64,000 bases of DNA from Nageia nagi (Eukaryota; Plantae; Pinophyta). A program made the translations under genes and the position numbers. Under the pieces are notes generated by a model, which ran no database searches, was not told the origin of the DNA, and worked only from the letters and a program-made list of their open reading frames with translations. The stretch covers positions 106,392,001 through 106,456,000 of the forward strand of contig JBITNC010000001.1 of the NCBI GenBank assembly GCA_050084985.1. Direction: 5' to 3'. Below, one piece after another: positions 14,682 to 28,200 of the stretch (positions are counted from its first letter, which is position 1; every line of letters starts with the position of its first letter).

Positions 14682-15144
14682 ATAATGTCAAGGCTCTTAT
14701 CTCATCATCAATATCAATCTTCACATAACTCAATTCGTTAGTCACAATATTGAACTCATTCACATGTTCTGGAATGGATCCTTATTCTACCATTTGCATA
14801 TTAAATAACTTTTTTATGATAAATACCTTTTTATCACCAAGGTTTTCTCATACATCTTGGCCAGCTTATCCATGACACCCTTTGTGGTCTTTTTCTTTGA
14901 GATGTTGAAGGCTACAGTTGCACCCAAGAACTATCTCATTGTATCCAAATCCTTTCTATCCAATAGCTCCCAATTTTCATCTCCATGTTAGTCAGTTTAC
15001 TCTTTTCCTTCTCCCCAAGAGGAAGATAAGGGTCTTTTTGGTACAAGTAGCCCTCCATTTTCATCTTCCAAAACTCAAACTTTTGATCGTTAAAATTTTC
15101 CACTCAAAACCTCCCTTGTTACATTGATCCCACTTGATACCAAT

Positions 15145-15760
15145 TGTTAGGATTCAATATATAAAAATAAAGTTGAGCTATTACTTTACTCAAAACCAAA
15201 AGAAGAATTAAGCAAATAAGATCAACAAGAGAAGATAAAATCATGTAACGTGGTTCACCCAATGTGGACTATGTCCATGGAGAATATCCATACTTTTATT
15301 TATATCAATCCAAAGTTGCCAAGAGATACAACCAATAGCAACATCGATGCACTTATCTCTTTGGTTACAAAAAAATCCTCACTACAATAGTCTATCTCTC
15401 TTTCTCACATATATACAAACTCTACTCTCCACTTCCATTCTTTTGCTTGCTTGTTACAATGAATCTTACAACATATTTATAGAGATTCATATAAGCTTAA
15501 TTATACCCAAACTAAATTAAAAATTTCCAAGCTTAAAATAAAGCTTTTATGCCTTTGGATCATGATCATCCCACATAATACCGATCCTGCTATCAAATTA
15601 TCTTCCTCAATGCCAATCACCATTGATCTTTCGAAAATTGTATTTCTTGATCTTCCCCTAAGAGGCAGATTGAATGATAATTTGATCAATTAGCAATTCT
15701 TGATACTATAAAATAAAGAGCTAAATATGTAAGCCAAATAATCAAGCTCAATTCCTAACA
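15145..15760 (-). repeat. copia 5' LTR
   Basis: TGTTAGGA...TCCTAACA inverted termini; adjacent Met-type PBS TGGTATCAAGTG on the minus strand. Confidence 0.88.
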
Positions 15761-17589
15761 AATATCTTTATCATAGAAAAGAGATAAACAAAAAGAAATT
15801 CCCTATCAAAAGCATGTTGATAATAACAAATAAATGGTAAATGTTTAACATATGTCCATCATCAAAAAGATCATGTACCATTGGATCATCAAGGAGGATA
15901 CATTAACAAGGTACAAGATGTATTTATGGGGTAATGGTTTATGACATACGTGGATAGAGATAAATCAACATCCAGTCACATATTATAAGGCCACACCATT
16001 GAATTGTGCATGGCCTTAAGAGCATCTAGGTTTGTGAAAGATGGATTGAAAAACATACTAAATTAATCATTTATATATTTTAAAAATAACATAATAATTA
16101 ATGAAATACGAAAATCAAGAAGATAGCATCCATCTCAACCACATCTCTAATGTCCAATCAATTATTTTACAATGACGAACCAATAGAACAAAGCCTACAA
16201 AAATCATGGCATTCTCTACAAATAGAACTTAGATAAGTACATGGATAATAAAGAAAGAAGCTAATCCTGCAAGAAGTTAGATGGTAATCTTAATTGGAGA
16301 ACTTTATATAAAATATTATATATTAAAGATATGATTATCCACCTCACCTTAACATGTAGAAAGTTGCCTAGGTAAGTGTAATATGGTAGACATAAAAATT
16401 TAGATCTTAAGAAATTATAAGAAAGGAATCAAAATATACTAGTGAAAAATCTTGATCATATCTTCTAAAACAAGATGGCATGGGTGCAAAGAAAATGGAT
16501 AGATCTAAGTAAATCTTAATAGTATAGGTGGAAAAAGGATGACTAAATTGGAATAAATAATTATCAAAAATATAGTAAGATTAACTTAATGAGATCAAAT
16601 GATTTGATGTAAGTAACTTTAAGAATGTGGATGAATTGGAAAGAATTTGCATATAAATATAAAACATCAAATAACCTTAATGCACTAGAAGGGAGGTTAT
16701 ACAACTTTGCACATACCAATTAAGCATTAAACCACCTTGATGGGTACAAAGTAAGACAAGATCATGTTAACCCAACTATATAAGGGAGAGAGATTCTAAA
16801 ATTTTGCACATAAATATGTAGAATTAAATCACCTTAATGCTTGCAAAGAAAGATAAGATCAAGTTCACCCAACTATAGATGGGAGGGAGGTTCTACAACT
16901 AAAAACTTTTCATCTCAAGTATTGAGTCTAGTCTTGTTTCTTAGGTTTCCATTGTCTCCTTCATGTTCTTCTATTCTTTATAATCCAACCTTTTCTATCA
17001 TTTACAATGTATTGAACCATTATTTTCACAAATCATAGATCATTTCATGTTTTTTGAGCTAACTGAAGTTGGAGGAAAAATAAAAATATGTCAATCTATA
17101 ATGACCTTATATGATTTGAAGACCCATTGTATACTATAATTATCATTGTTAACACACTAACATCATGTTATTCGAAGGTGCTTTATAACTTTGGATCTAT
17201 TCAATATAATGTAGTTATATTTATTCTTCTAGATATGATTCAATACTATTTGGATTTTGTATTGTGCTTTTCATTTCCTTACATTATTTAAATGGGTGGG
17301 AATAACTTCTTCATTGCGATAAACTTTGGTAACATTATTGTTGCTTGTAAGATAGTATCATAGTTATTTCCTTTTGTTTTTCATTTTATTATTATTATGT
17401 ATTAAAAATTTACTATAATTAGAAGTATTACTCATTAATTTTTTATGCATTCATTCAAAAAAGGGAGTAAATTTTGAATTATCAAGTCATAAGAATATTT
17501 GTAAAGAGAGATCCCTTGCTAGTTACCACATACCTACTAAGAAGTTCCAATGTGAAGGCAATGAACTTCGCTCTTACCATTCTCATGAA

Positions 17590-18090
17590 AATACTTTAAC
17601 CTTTAAAGAATACCAAGACATAATGCAAAACAAAATAAAGAAATAAACCAATTAGTACAAGTCCAAACAAAAATTCAACAATACTCTTCCTTCATCAACA
17701 AACCTAGAAACTAATAAACTTGAAAATAGAAGGTTATAAAAAACTCACTTCCATGTTCTAAGGGCCTTGCATATTTATTCAAAATATTGGCAAGGTTTCT
17801 TATAGTTACCACACACTTCCAAGATCCACCCAATAATCCATGTATCATGCCACCAACACCAAAAAAATACACCTTAAATTGGATGAAGAATATTGCTTAC
17901 TTAGCAAACTAACAACCATCCTTAACCATCATACCCATAAATTTTTCTCTCAAACAATCACAAATGTAACATTTCAATTATAGGAGCTCAAACCAAACAA
18001 TACCACTTGGAAATCATTATGTTACCTTTGACAACAATTTTCTAAGTTTAAGCTTTAAATACAACACTTTCTTAAGGTGGATAACTTGTT
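17590..18090 (+). mobile_element. Ty3/gypsy integrase C-terminus/chromodomain remnant with PPT
   Basis: KLTSMF*GPCIFIQNIGKVSY...SKIHPIIHVSC (GPF/Y motif); CTTAAGGTGGATAAC followed by TGTTAC at ~18087. Confidence 0.65.
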
Positions 18091-18418
18091 ACTTACATGC
18101 TAGCCCACATTTCATTAACCATTGTAATGAAATATGTAAATAAACATGTCACTATATGTTCTTATTTCTAGTACTTACGAATAAATAATTAAATATATGT
18201 TTTCATCTTCATCATATGACATTCATATTTATTATTCACCTTGTACTAATCATGAATTATTATTAACTTTTTATTATTTACCATCATATATTCTCCTATG
18301 TTTACCATGTTTTATCAAATGATATCAACATATAGCCCCATGGTACACATTGTATAACATACAATATTAATTATTCTATCATTATGATAATGTTTTACCT
18401 ACATTATTTCTTTACAAT

Positions 18419-21300
18419 GTCTCCCTTGACCTCCATCATTCCCAACCTTCAACCTCATCCTTGTCATTTCTTCACTGATAAGATGGTCATACAATCTATC
18501 TGTAAACTTTAAACTAGTAAATTCGTTGACCTTGAAAACCTAAGTGTTGAATTCTTCAAACACAATCATGCAATCTTAGTTGTCCATATTGTTGACCCAT
18601 CTTGGACCTCTAATATCACCCATCCCATTTATAAATCTAGTGATGCCCTTGACCCTAGCAACTACAAAACGATGATGGTCAGCTACATCTTTGGAAAAGT
18701 CTTTTTCTCAACTCTTGATGAGTTCATAACTAGTTTTAATAATTACGAAAAATCATTACAAAAATTTTTTTAAAAAAAAATCAATAACAAATTGCATCAC
18801 TTTAAAAAATAAATACACTAAAAGAAAAAGTTATTATATCTAGAAAAAAAATTGGCTCAGAGGAAAAATCATGATAAATTGTAAAAACTATGATTTATTA
18901 GTGATTTTCTAAACATTAGGCAAGAATCACTCAATTGTCATAGATAGGATAGCGCATCTCTAATCATTGTGGGATTTCTTATCGTTAGGTCGAAAATGAA
19001 TTTTGCTCTCCATGTTTCATAATTTTATTTTATTTTTATTTTGTTAATTAATTTACTAATCTTCTTTCTAATATTTTATCAAACACTAATAAAGATAAAA
19101 TGTCCTTTAAACCTATTGGTTTGTAGGAACTATAAAGATTTTTTTAATATCACCAATGTAGGGGATGGGAATAGAACTTGAGATGTTCAATGTGGGTGTC
19201 TTCACACCTCACTTGTCTACCAACTCCCATGGAAAAAGGCGATAAGTTATGGTTTGGATGTTTTAACAAACATCATCTTATTATGTTTGATTTGGTTCTA
19301 GAATTTTATTTTAGTGATTTATTTTAATGGGTGGGTGTGAGTGATTGTGGTCAATTATCCTTAAGAGTATTCTTGTTTTTCTTGGAATATTTATACATTA
19401 TTCAATGTGTTTCTTTATATGATAAACAATCATTCAAATACTTAATTGACATATATTCATTTCTAGATAAACTTTGATAGGTCCTACAAACCAATGGGTT
19501 TAAAAGGATGCTAAAAGATAACTATCTATGATTTATAGCACTATTGTTGTAAAATAAGGTTGCCCCCTCTCACCTACTCTACTTAGGATCTATAGTGATG
19601 AACTTGAATAACTAATCTCAAACATCTTGGGCCAAAGTTTGGGTTGTTTCCTACATGATTCCATTGTCTCAATCTTACTCTTCATAGATAATGTTAGTTT
19701 GATATCTTATACATCAATTGGGCTTCAATGTCAGGATGAAACCCTAAGTACCTTTTCTACTACTTGTGGACTCAAAGTCAAACTTGAAAAGATAAAGATG
19801 ATGTCCTTCAATATATCAAGAGCATATACTTCCAAAACCCACTTGACTTTCCAAAGGAAACATATCGAGATGGTGACATCTTACACCTACTTGGGTGTTC
19901 TCTTCACATATCCTACTTTCAACTTGACCCCAATCTCCCATAACATACTAAACAAAGGTATTTTACAATTGTCACACTTAAAAGATAATGTTTTCAACTC
20001 TAATTCCAAGATATCATGGTAAAAATTAAACCCCTCAATGCTCTTGTATCTTTGACCTTGTTTTATGGATGTGAAGCTTGGAACCTAGCTTAAGACACTT
20101 AGATTGGGCTTGCATTGAGAGGGTTTTGGTCAACATGCTCTCAAGATCCATCAGAGCCAAAAGAATTATCCCTCATTCCATCATTTTGGTTAAATTTGAT
20201 GCATACCCCATGTTGGTTCTTGCAATATTTTATGTTTTTGAGCTCTTGAACAAGATCAATCACATGATTTCAACATCTCTTGACTCAAAGAAATACCCTC
20301 TCTTAGCACCCAAATTTGTAATGCAACTTGCATGAAAATACATTTGTTGGTGTTAGTACTCAAAAACCATCTCTCTCTTATGATCCATAGGCTTGGGTAT
20401 CAAGCAACTAAATCCCTCTTAGCTTCCAGACAAGACCTTTAATCCTTCTACCAAAGGTATCAACAAATTGATCAAGAAGGAAATCTACTCAACTTACTTA
20501 AGGACAAGATGGATTGAACTAGGAAAATGACTCTAACCAAAGCTCCTACATTACCTTCAAGTTTATATGAAACTAGAGAATGGTGTTATTATCATCTCTA
20601 ATTACGTAAAACTAGACATATCGCATAGTCTTTATTCCTCTCTTGTCTAAATAAAGGTTTACTCACATCAACTCCATATTGAGACATACCACCATATCCC
20701 TAAATGCCAACATACATGCAAAGTATGCAACATGGAACCAAAGATTAGAGAGCATTTAATATTCATTTGCTCCATATACTATGAAATTTGAGATTAGTTT
20801 CATTGCTTATTTAGAGATGCCCACAATTTGAAATCATGGATGATTTATAAAGACCAAAAATGTTTCACACTCTATATCAAAGAAGCCACCCATCTCAGAA
20901 TGAAAGTACTTGTCAATAGATCTCACAGCACAAGAAGTCCCAAACTTATCACAACTTATTTTCAACCGCATGAAATTACGAATTGAAAGTATTACACGAA
21001 TGTTAACAACTCTAGGACTACCCGTTGATGTATTACTGGTCAACCCACTAGTTACTTTTTACAATTTCAAAGTCAAAGAGTTTCTTTTCAACCTCAATTG
21101 TTGAAGGAGCCCTTTTAATTTATATATATAAGCTTCTTGCCTCACCAAGCTTGCTATATTTGACTCTTTTTTGTTTACTTTTTACTCTTACACTTTGAAG
21201 TTACACTAGGCGCTCCTTTGCTCTTCTTATATGTATTTTTTTACAATCCCATAAACTGATTTTTTGGTCATCCATGGACATTAATATCAAATTTTAAATT
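18419..21300 (+). mobile_element. 5'-truncated LINE (RTEX-like), degenerate RT and C-terminal zinc finger
   Basis: PIYKSSDALDPSNYKTMMV (~18625), STIVVK*GCPLSPTLL (~19540), LLFIDNV (YADD box), CKVC...HLIFICSIY (~20720-20780); 3' end GGTCATCCATGGACATTAA. Confidence 0.85.
19099..19513. mobile_element. MITE, probably hAT-type
   Basis: ~40-bp imperfect TIRs (TGTCCTTTAAACCTATTGGTTTGTAGG / CCTACAAACCAATGGGTTTAAAAGGATG); 8-bp direct repeat AAAGATAA at 19091-19098 and 19514-19521. Confidence 0.7.
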
Positions 21301-21667
21301 ATGAAATATTATCAACCGATATCCCCATGGTACACATTGTATAATGTACAATACTAATTATTCTAACATTATGATAATATTTTACCTACATAATTAGTCC
21401 TCTACAATACAACTTCTAGACCACTATTGTAGCTCCTTGGTTGGCACTACAAATTATGCAAAACACCATCACTTTTGTATAATTAATGTCTATTGTTCAT
21501 ACTAAATACCCAAATATAATACAATTTTGCAAAAAAAGAATATTGATAATAAGCAATCACTTTACCAATTGAGTTAAGGATAAAAGTAATATAATCAATT
21601 TTTTATCATTGTAAAAAAAAATATTTAAAAAAAGATGGCATTGGTAAGCAAAAAGAAAACATATTTA

Positions 21668-23767
21668 TGTGATGAGCCTAACTAGGGATCAACTCAAAAT
21701 GCTCAAATTATTCCAATTCCAATCATGCATAAATCCTAATTTCCTTAAATCCAAACAGTCTTATCACTCCAATTAACTTTACTAGAACATATCTAAAGAG
21801 AGACTAAAAAATGCATGCAAATGTATCCCAAGAAATTATATTTATGTGGCAATCATCTCAACTCATACATCCAAACATAAAATAACCATCATCCATGCAA
21901 AATTATGCCCAAGGAGTGGAACAACCTCCTTAGGGAGAAAACCAACAAGATTCAAGCATGCAATAATTATGAGACAAGTACAAATAGCTTTAAATGATCA
22001 AGAAGAATGAAGTACACACCTTAATCAACCAAAGTGTGCCCTAAAAGTATGAGGTCCCACCATGGGGCTCAACCATCCACTCTAAAGCCCTCAAAATGCA
22101 AAGTTGATGCTCCAAGTGTGTCTCTACATTAGGCAATCCTCCTCCAAGGCTAAAATAGGATCCAAGATCCTAGAACAACCTCCGAATTGGATGACCCTCT
22201 AATGATGCTCTCATGAACCTCCAAGTGAAGCTCCTAAGCTTTTGAAGATGTGCTAGGGCATTGGTGCCTCTAGATCTCACGACCTAACTACTCTTATTGA
22301 ATGTTGCACCCTCCAACAGGTGTGAGGAGTGATTGTTGTAGCCACATGCTCCAAAATGAAAGATATATGATAGAGAAATAGATAGATGATAATCCAAGTG
22401 AAGCGTCTCTCTCCTTAAATAGCCAAATTGTCTCTTTTTGGTGACTAGCCAACCCAATCCAGATATTTTCTTATTTTTATGAAATACACTCCTTGGAAAT
22501 CCTACCTTAGGATGACAAATTAAATTCCATGGACTTGGTAGCTCAAGGTTGTCACTGGTGTTGGTTCTCTGAGGCTCTGAGGCATTGCAGTGCTTCGGGT
22601 TTTCATTAGGCCAACTACATATACCCCAAGGAGACACACATAGAGACCTAAATGTTATGTTGGCTTCAATCAAAGACATGCTTTACAAGGCCTATATTCA
22701 GCGCACTCAAGTTCCCCTCCAACCTCCACTCACACGCAAGTTGTTGCACTACTCTCATCACTTCTTGAGGATTGTTAGAGGGTTGATTCGACCCCCTGAT
22801 TACGTCTGTCTACACCTCCCTCTTGGCTTACAGATGTTTCTAGGCCAATTCAGAGTGTGCTCCCAATAGCTTCAGATCGAAATTGATCACCATTTGGCAC
22901 ATGAGCTTCAAGTATGTCGGATGTGCTTGATAGAGCCCGAGACTGAGGATCATTTCATCTTCAGATATTCACTTTATTATGAGAATCGTGGGCGGTATCA
23001 TTGTCTTTTTCAAGATGCTTGTAGCTTGATCTCGACATTCTTTCAATTCCCAGACCATTGTTGTTTGGCATTTTAGCTCAGAGAGAATTTCCTTCTCAGG
23101 AAACTTCTATTATCTACCTCCTAGCACCCAACAAGTGATCACTTGATTACCTCTTTCTTCCCAATTACATCAAGAGAGGGAGTTCGTAGGAGGATTGAAG
23201 ACTCACCTCAACCTACTTGATGTACCAGATAGAGGGTGCATACCAACCTTAGTTCTTTAAGGTCATAATAGATCATGACCTTCTTTAGCTATAGCAACGT
23301 CAATGCAAACATAGACTAGATCGGGAGTGCACAGTCAAACAGATCATAAGAGACCTCCCTTCTTACCATGTTTACCTATTATGTTTTTTTTTTTTTTTGA
23401 CTATTTATTTCCTTTTAAATATTAGCCCCTATATTGTTCTTAGACTTTTCATAATTTGCTTTGAGTGAAGGCCATTGAACCCATCATGCTACTTTAGACT
23501 TGTATACCCGTCAGTCCCATTGACCTCTTTTGATCATCTGTAAACATTAATATAATTTCTTCCTTTCTTTCTTTCAAATTATATTTTGAATTTACACCCA
23601 AAAGTCCTAAAATAATAAAATATTCCTAAGTATCCAAAATTACTCCTAATTATCCCTAGAAGAAAGACATCTACCTTGAAATGTTCATTTAGTGCATTTT
23701 TGCATTCAAGGATGGAACACACAAGATCATAAGACTAAATATTATTTCTAAATGACACCAAATCACA
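21668..23767. repeat. Possible solo LTR hosting a LINE fragment
   Basis: TGTGAT...ATCACA termini and LTR-like composition; no clear TSD. Confidence 0.35.
22523..23575 (+). mobile_element. LINE 3' fragment (same family as 18419-21300)
   Basis: LGQFRVCSQ*LQIE...CRMCLIEPETEDHFIFRYSLYY; 3' end TGATCATCTGTAAACATTAA + (TTTC)n tail. Confidence 0.85.
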
Positions 23768-25102
23768 ATAGATCTTCCTAAAGGAGGGACGTCCCCCTAT
23801 ATGAACTAAAATAGCAAGTTGATGTGGCACTCATAAATAAAACCCACCATTTTAGATCATTAAAATGTAAGAAAATATATATGAAAGAATATACTACCAA
23901 ATATTTTCGTTACAAAAAATAATGTGTGTGTATATATATATATATAATCAAATTATGTCAAACTTTTTCATTGAAATATTACCCCTCAAAAAAGACACTT
24001 ATATTTTTGTTATTTTCTACTTTAACTATATTCAACTTTTCTTCTTATGTAATATGTTACTTACAGTATTCTAACACTATTCCTGTTAATTATATATACT
24101 CTCTATAGAAGAACTTTCTTAACAATCAGATTTCTAGATTTTAAATATATTTATACCAATACTTTCCAAAGCAAGTACACTAATGAAAGGCCAAAACCCC
24201 TTAAATCCTCAGAGTTTAAGAATTGAAGATTACCAATCTTACAAGTTCATAGTAAATGGATTCCTTTTTTACAATTTTAACGGTAAGATTTTTTTTATTG
24301 TTTGTAAATGGATGTTTTCTTATAGAACTCTTAATTGTGGCCATCTTTAGACATTTAATATAAATTTTCTCCAGACTTGCAATAAGGAATATTTAACTTT
24401 ATTCCATGGTATTTTTGCTCCAGAATATGCCAAGTGATTCATATACTCTGCCATTACAAAAAGAAATTAAACTGCTCACAAAAAGCTCCATCCAACATTA
24501 CAGCATAACTACACATTTTCAAATTGAAAGTACAGATAGGTTCTAGTAGTACAATTCATTCTGCAATACATTATACCCACCCTCTTTTCATCGAAAAAGA
24601 GTGTCCTATCCAAGCCTCATGACAGTACATATGAAATATATAGAAGTATAGGATAATCGGCTTAAAGAAATCAGCTGTATGTTCACTTGCTCTCTTCATC
24701 TGCAGTCCAAACTGTTTTGACAAATGATACCTCACCATAGAGACTGCAGATACTGAACATTCTGAAATTTCTCCTCATTGTCTTTGCAAATGCAGGTTCA
24801 TTTGACAAATGTTAATTTATTTCTCTACATATAACTTGATATTTCGAAGATTTATTGCAGGCAATAATCTCCTAAAACATTTACTGATGCAACCGGATTG
24901 ATGACCTATGAGATTCATCTTAAGGGCAAAACACATATATGAAGAATATTACACATTGAGGAAATCCTAATAGCAAAAAAATAAAGCCTCTTTTCTAAAT
25001 GGTGCAACTTTCTCCATAAGAGAGGCTATCTTGACTTCATGTGTAGCCTTCAAATCTAAAACTCCTTTGAACAATGAATGAAAAGTTTCAAACGAATGTT
25101 CA

Positions 25103-25225
25103 CTAAGCTGCTCTTAGGGACTTCTTATAGTCCTGAAATGTTCCGTGGAAAGCTGTTACTTTGCCTTCCGATACTGCCCACAACTCATCAACACTTCCAG
25201 ATATAAGATGTTCATCATGACTAAC
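25103..25225 (-). CDS. ABCF3: ABCF3 terminal coding exon: [40 protein letters not shown]
   Basis: 123 nt including TAG; H-loop VSHD. Confidence 0.96.
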   Translation of the reverse strand, partial: VSHDEHLISGSVDELWAVSEGKVTAFHGTFQDYKKSLRAA

Positions 25226-28200
25226 CTGAAAATCATATAGAGTAACGAAACCCAATCAAAATTAAACATGAAAGAAAGAAATGACAATGAAGAAAAAAAT
25301 ATCAAGGATACAAACAGACCATTAGAACCCCTCCCTGAAAAAGAACAAGCCCTTGAATAAGTGCCTCGACAGCATCTAGATCCTGCAACATAAGAACCAT
25401 ATGAATACTCAAAAAAAATTAACATTTAAAATCCATGTGCGTGCCAATTAATAATATATATCACAGATACAAAAAATAAGAGAAATCTGAACAGGGAAGA
25501 GGGAGAGCATATACTCACAAGATGATTTGAAGGTTCATCTAAAAGAAGAATATGAGGTTTATTGAATGTAATTTTTGCAAATGCAACCCGACTTTTCTGA
25601 CCACCTGAGCAAAGTTGGAGATTGTGTTAAAGCGTTAAAAATTAGCGATACTTGACCGCAGCCTTATTTATGTGATAAATTAAAACGATTTCACACCCAG
25701 GATGTGTAGCACTATGCTATGTACCTGATAATGTATACATAGGTTGAAGTGCAAGGTTCCCAGTAATGCCAAAAGATCCTAGATGTGCACGTAGCTTTTG
25801 TTCCATAACTCCCTTTGCATTTTAACACACAGACGTCAAACTCTCAGCACATTATTACACTAAAAGGTCAACAACAGATGACATACCTCACAAATTTTGA
25901 AGATTTAAAGCTGAAATAGTAGCAAATAAATAGGAATTCTGAATTAACAAATAGAAATTCGTGTAACTCTTCTAAAATTTCATACAGTTAGTACAATTAT
26001 CAATAACATGATTCTCATGTGACATGCGTGCAACAAGTTTCAAAACAATGATGAAAATTTCTGAATAGAAGCATAAGTATGCAACCGCTTCCTTATAAAT
26101 TATACACATCCATGTCAATTCAGATCCAACATCTGTAAAGAGTTACGCAAAAGACTGTAGATGACAATGATTCTAACCTTCAAAAATGATTTAAAACAAG
26201 TGTTTATTTTTTAGCCTTCAAAAATGATTTACTATTTTTGTATTTTTGCCTTTGAAAATGATTTAAAAGTTTAAAAGAAGTGTTAACCTTGTTGCCTACT
26301 TGGATCATTTCTGGAAATTAACTAAAAGTAATATCTTCTAATTTCATATTATTGCATTTACACATCGGCCTAGGTGATCCCACTTTGGTAAATTTATAAT
26401 TAGACTTCTCCAAGTCTATATAAAGCAAGAAGCGAAGACTCATTTGACAAAGACATACATAGTACATGATCGAAATAGCAAAAGAGCATCTCAAGAATAT
26501 ATTATTAATATCTTTGGCATGCTCTTATACTATCATCTTCTTCCAAGCTTTTATATTAGTCATGTTCACAGGTACTGCAGCAGAACTATGCAAGGAGATC
26601 ATTAAAAAAAAGTCAAATATTACAAAACACATTCACCTAAGGTTGTTGCACCCCAAAACGGAACCAAACCTACAATGCAGGTGTTAAGGACCCTGCATCC
26701 CAAAACATAGAGCCAATTGACCTTAAAAACAGTCTTGGAAGTAGAGTTCAGCTTGCCACAGCATAGATTCAGCATCCATTCACTCCAAAACACCAAGATT
26801 TTTTCTTCAAGAACATAAGTTAGTTGAACTATGTGTGACATTGAGTGGAGGTGAATCAGTGTCTTAAAATTTTAAACCAAAAGCACAATAAAGCGAACAC
26901 ACAATCACACAACACAACACCAGATGTATCGTGGAAACCCAATGTGGGAAAAACCACTTCCAAAAGACTGTTTGGAATACAGTCCAAATCCAATCATCAA
27001 ATTTGATTTTACAATGTTTTTGCAGCACTCACTGCGTGTAATGGCACCTACCAACCAACAGTTCTGTAGCACCTGCTGCACGGAGCACCGACCCCGAACA
27101 CTGAGCACCCACTCAGCAAGATCTCTAGCTGTAGCAGAAAGATTGATTGACGTTTTCACAAGAACCCTAAATAGTCTAGCACGACCCTCACTGAACTGCA
27201 CTCCAACAACACCGCACTACACCCTCTGAAGACTGAACCACCACAAAACTAAACACTGAAGCCCTCTTAACTCCCTACAAAAACTGTCTCTTTGCCTTCT
27301 TTATTCCTCTGCAGAACTCTGCCAGCAAAGCAATTCTATTGCCTCTTTATCTTCAGTAACATCTACTGGTTTCGTTTGTTCCACCTGTCAGATAGCCTCT
27401 TTCTTCTAGAGTACAACGGTTTTTCAATAGGGCTAATATCCATTTATTTCAAGTAAGAATGATGTACTATGGGACTATTCAATAATTTGCCAAAAGCACT
27501 TCATCACACTCTTCGCCTATTGTAAAAAGTTAACAGAATGATTTATTTCAAGTAAGAATGATGTACTATGGGACTATTCAATAATTTTCATAAACATGGA
27601 AATTTCAACACACCGGCTTCAATCGTTTCAAATTTCAAGATGAATGGCTTCGCTCCATTTCATTAGTCATAAATGCAGTTCCTACAACATTAGGAATGAA
27701 TCCCCAAAACATTTTGAGAGCAGACGCCTTTTGAAAAACTCCACACACCAAACAAATCTCTGCACACCTTTTCTATTCGAACGGCCTCTTTTCAAACAGA
27801 GCAACAGCCCCTTTTAAGTATTCAAAGAGTCGCACCCAAAACTCAAAAGACTTGCCTTTAAAATTACGAAAAACAACATGAATATGGTCACCCTTAAAAC
27901 ACCTTGTTGCGCATTTTTTAGACAAACTTACAAACCTCAAAACCATGAAAAGTCATCTCTGAAGCTCGCAAAAGAACACTGTCAAACAAAGCCATTTTGT
28001 CCTCTATGAAGAAACGCATATATATTTGAAACAGAATGTCCTTTTGTACTTAGCTAAACTCACACCTGTTTTGCATTAAAAGTCACGCATCATTCGTCAA
28101 AGAAACAATGCTCTTTTTCCCTTTTGGAAAGGCTCCCACTTTCGCTCACAAAACAACGCAAATACACATGGAGAAAAAGTGATCCTGTTTCTTGCCAAGG

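Larger units (their letters stand above)
1..15760 (-). mobile_element. Degenerate, internally deleted Ty1/copia element interrupted by a gypsy element
   Basis: 5' LTR 15145-15760, PBS 15131-15142, gag remnants 14682-15120 and 1936-2435 (MYEKPLAIKKVFIMKKLFNMKM), protease WAMDSSAYFHAT ~1750-1797, PPT-like AAAAGTGGGATAT 762-775, 3' LTR 1-761; no RT/RNase H seen. Confidence 0.85.

Noticed and set aside
24690-24740. Possible 3'-UTR intron or extra exon signals downstream of the ABCF3 stop
   Set aside because: Isolated GT/AG-like motifs cannot be supported without transcript data.
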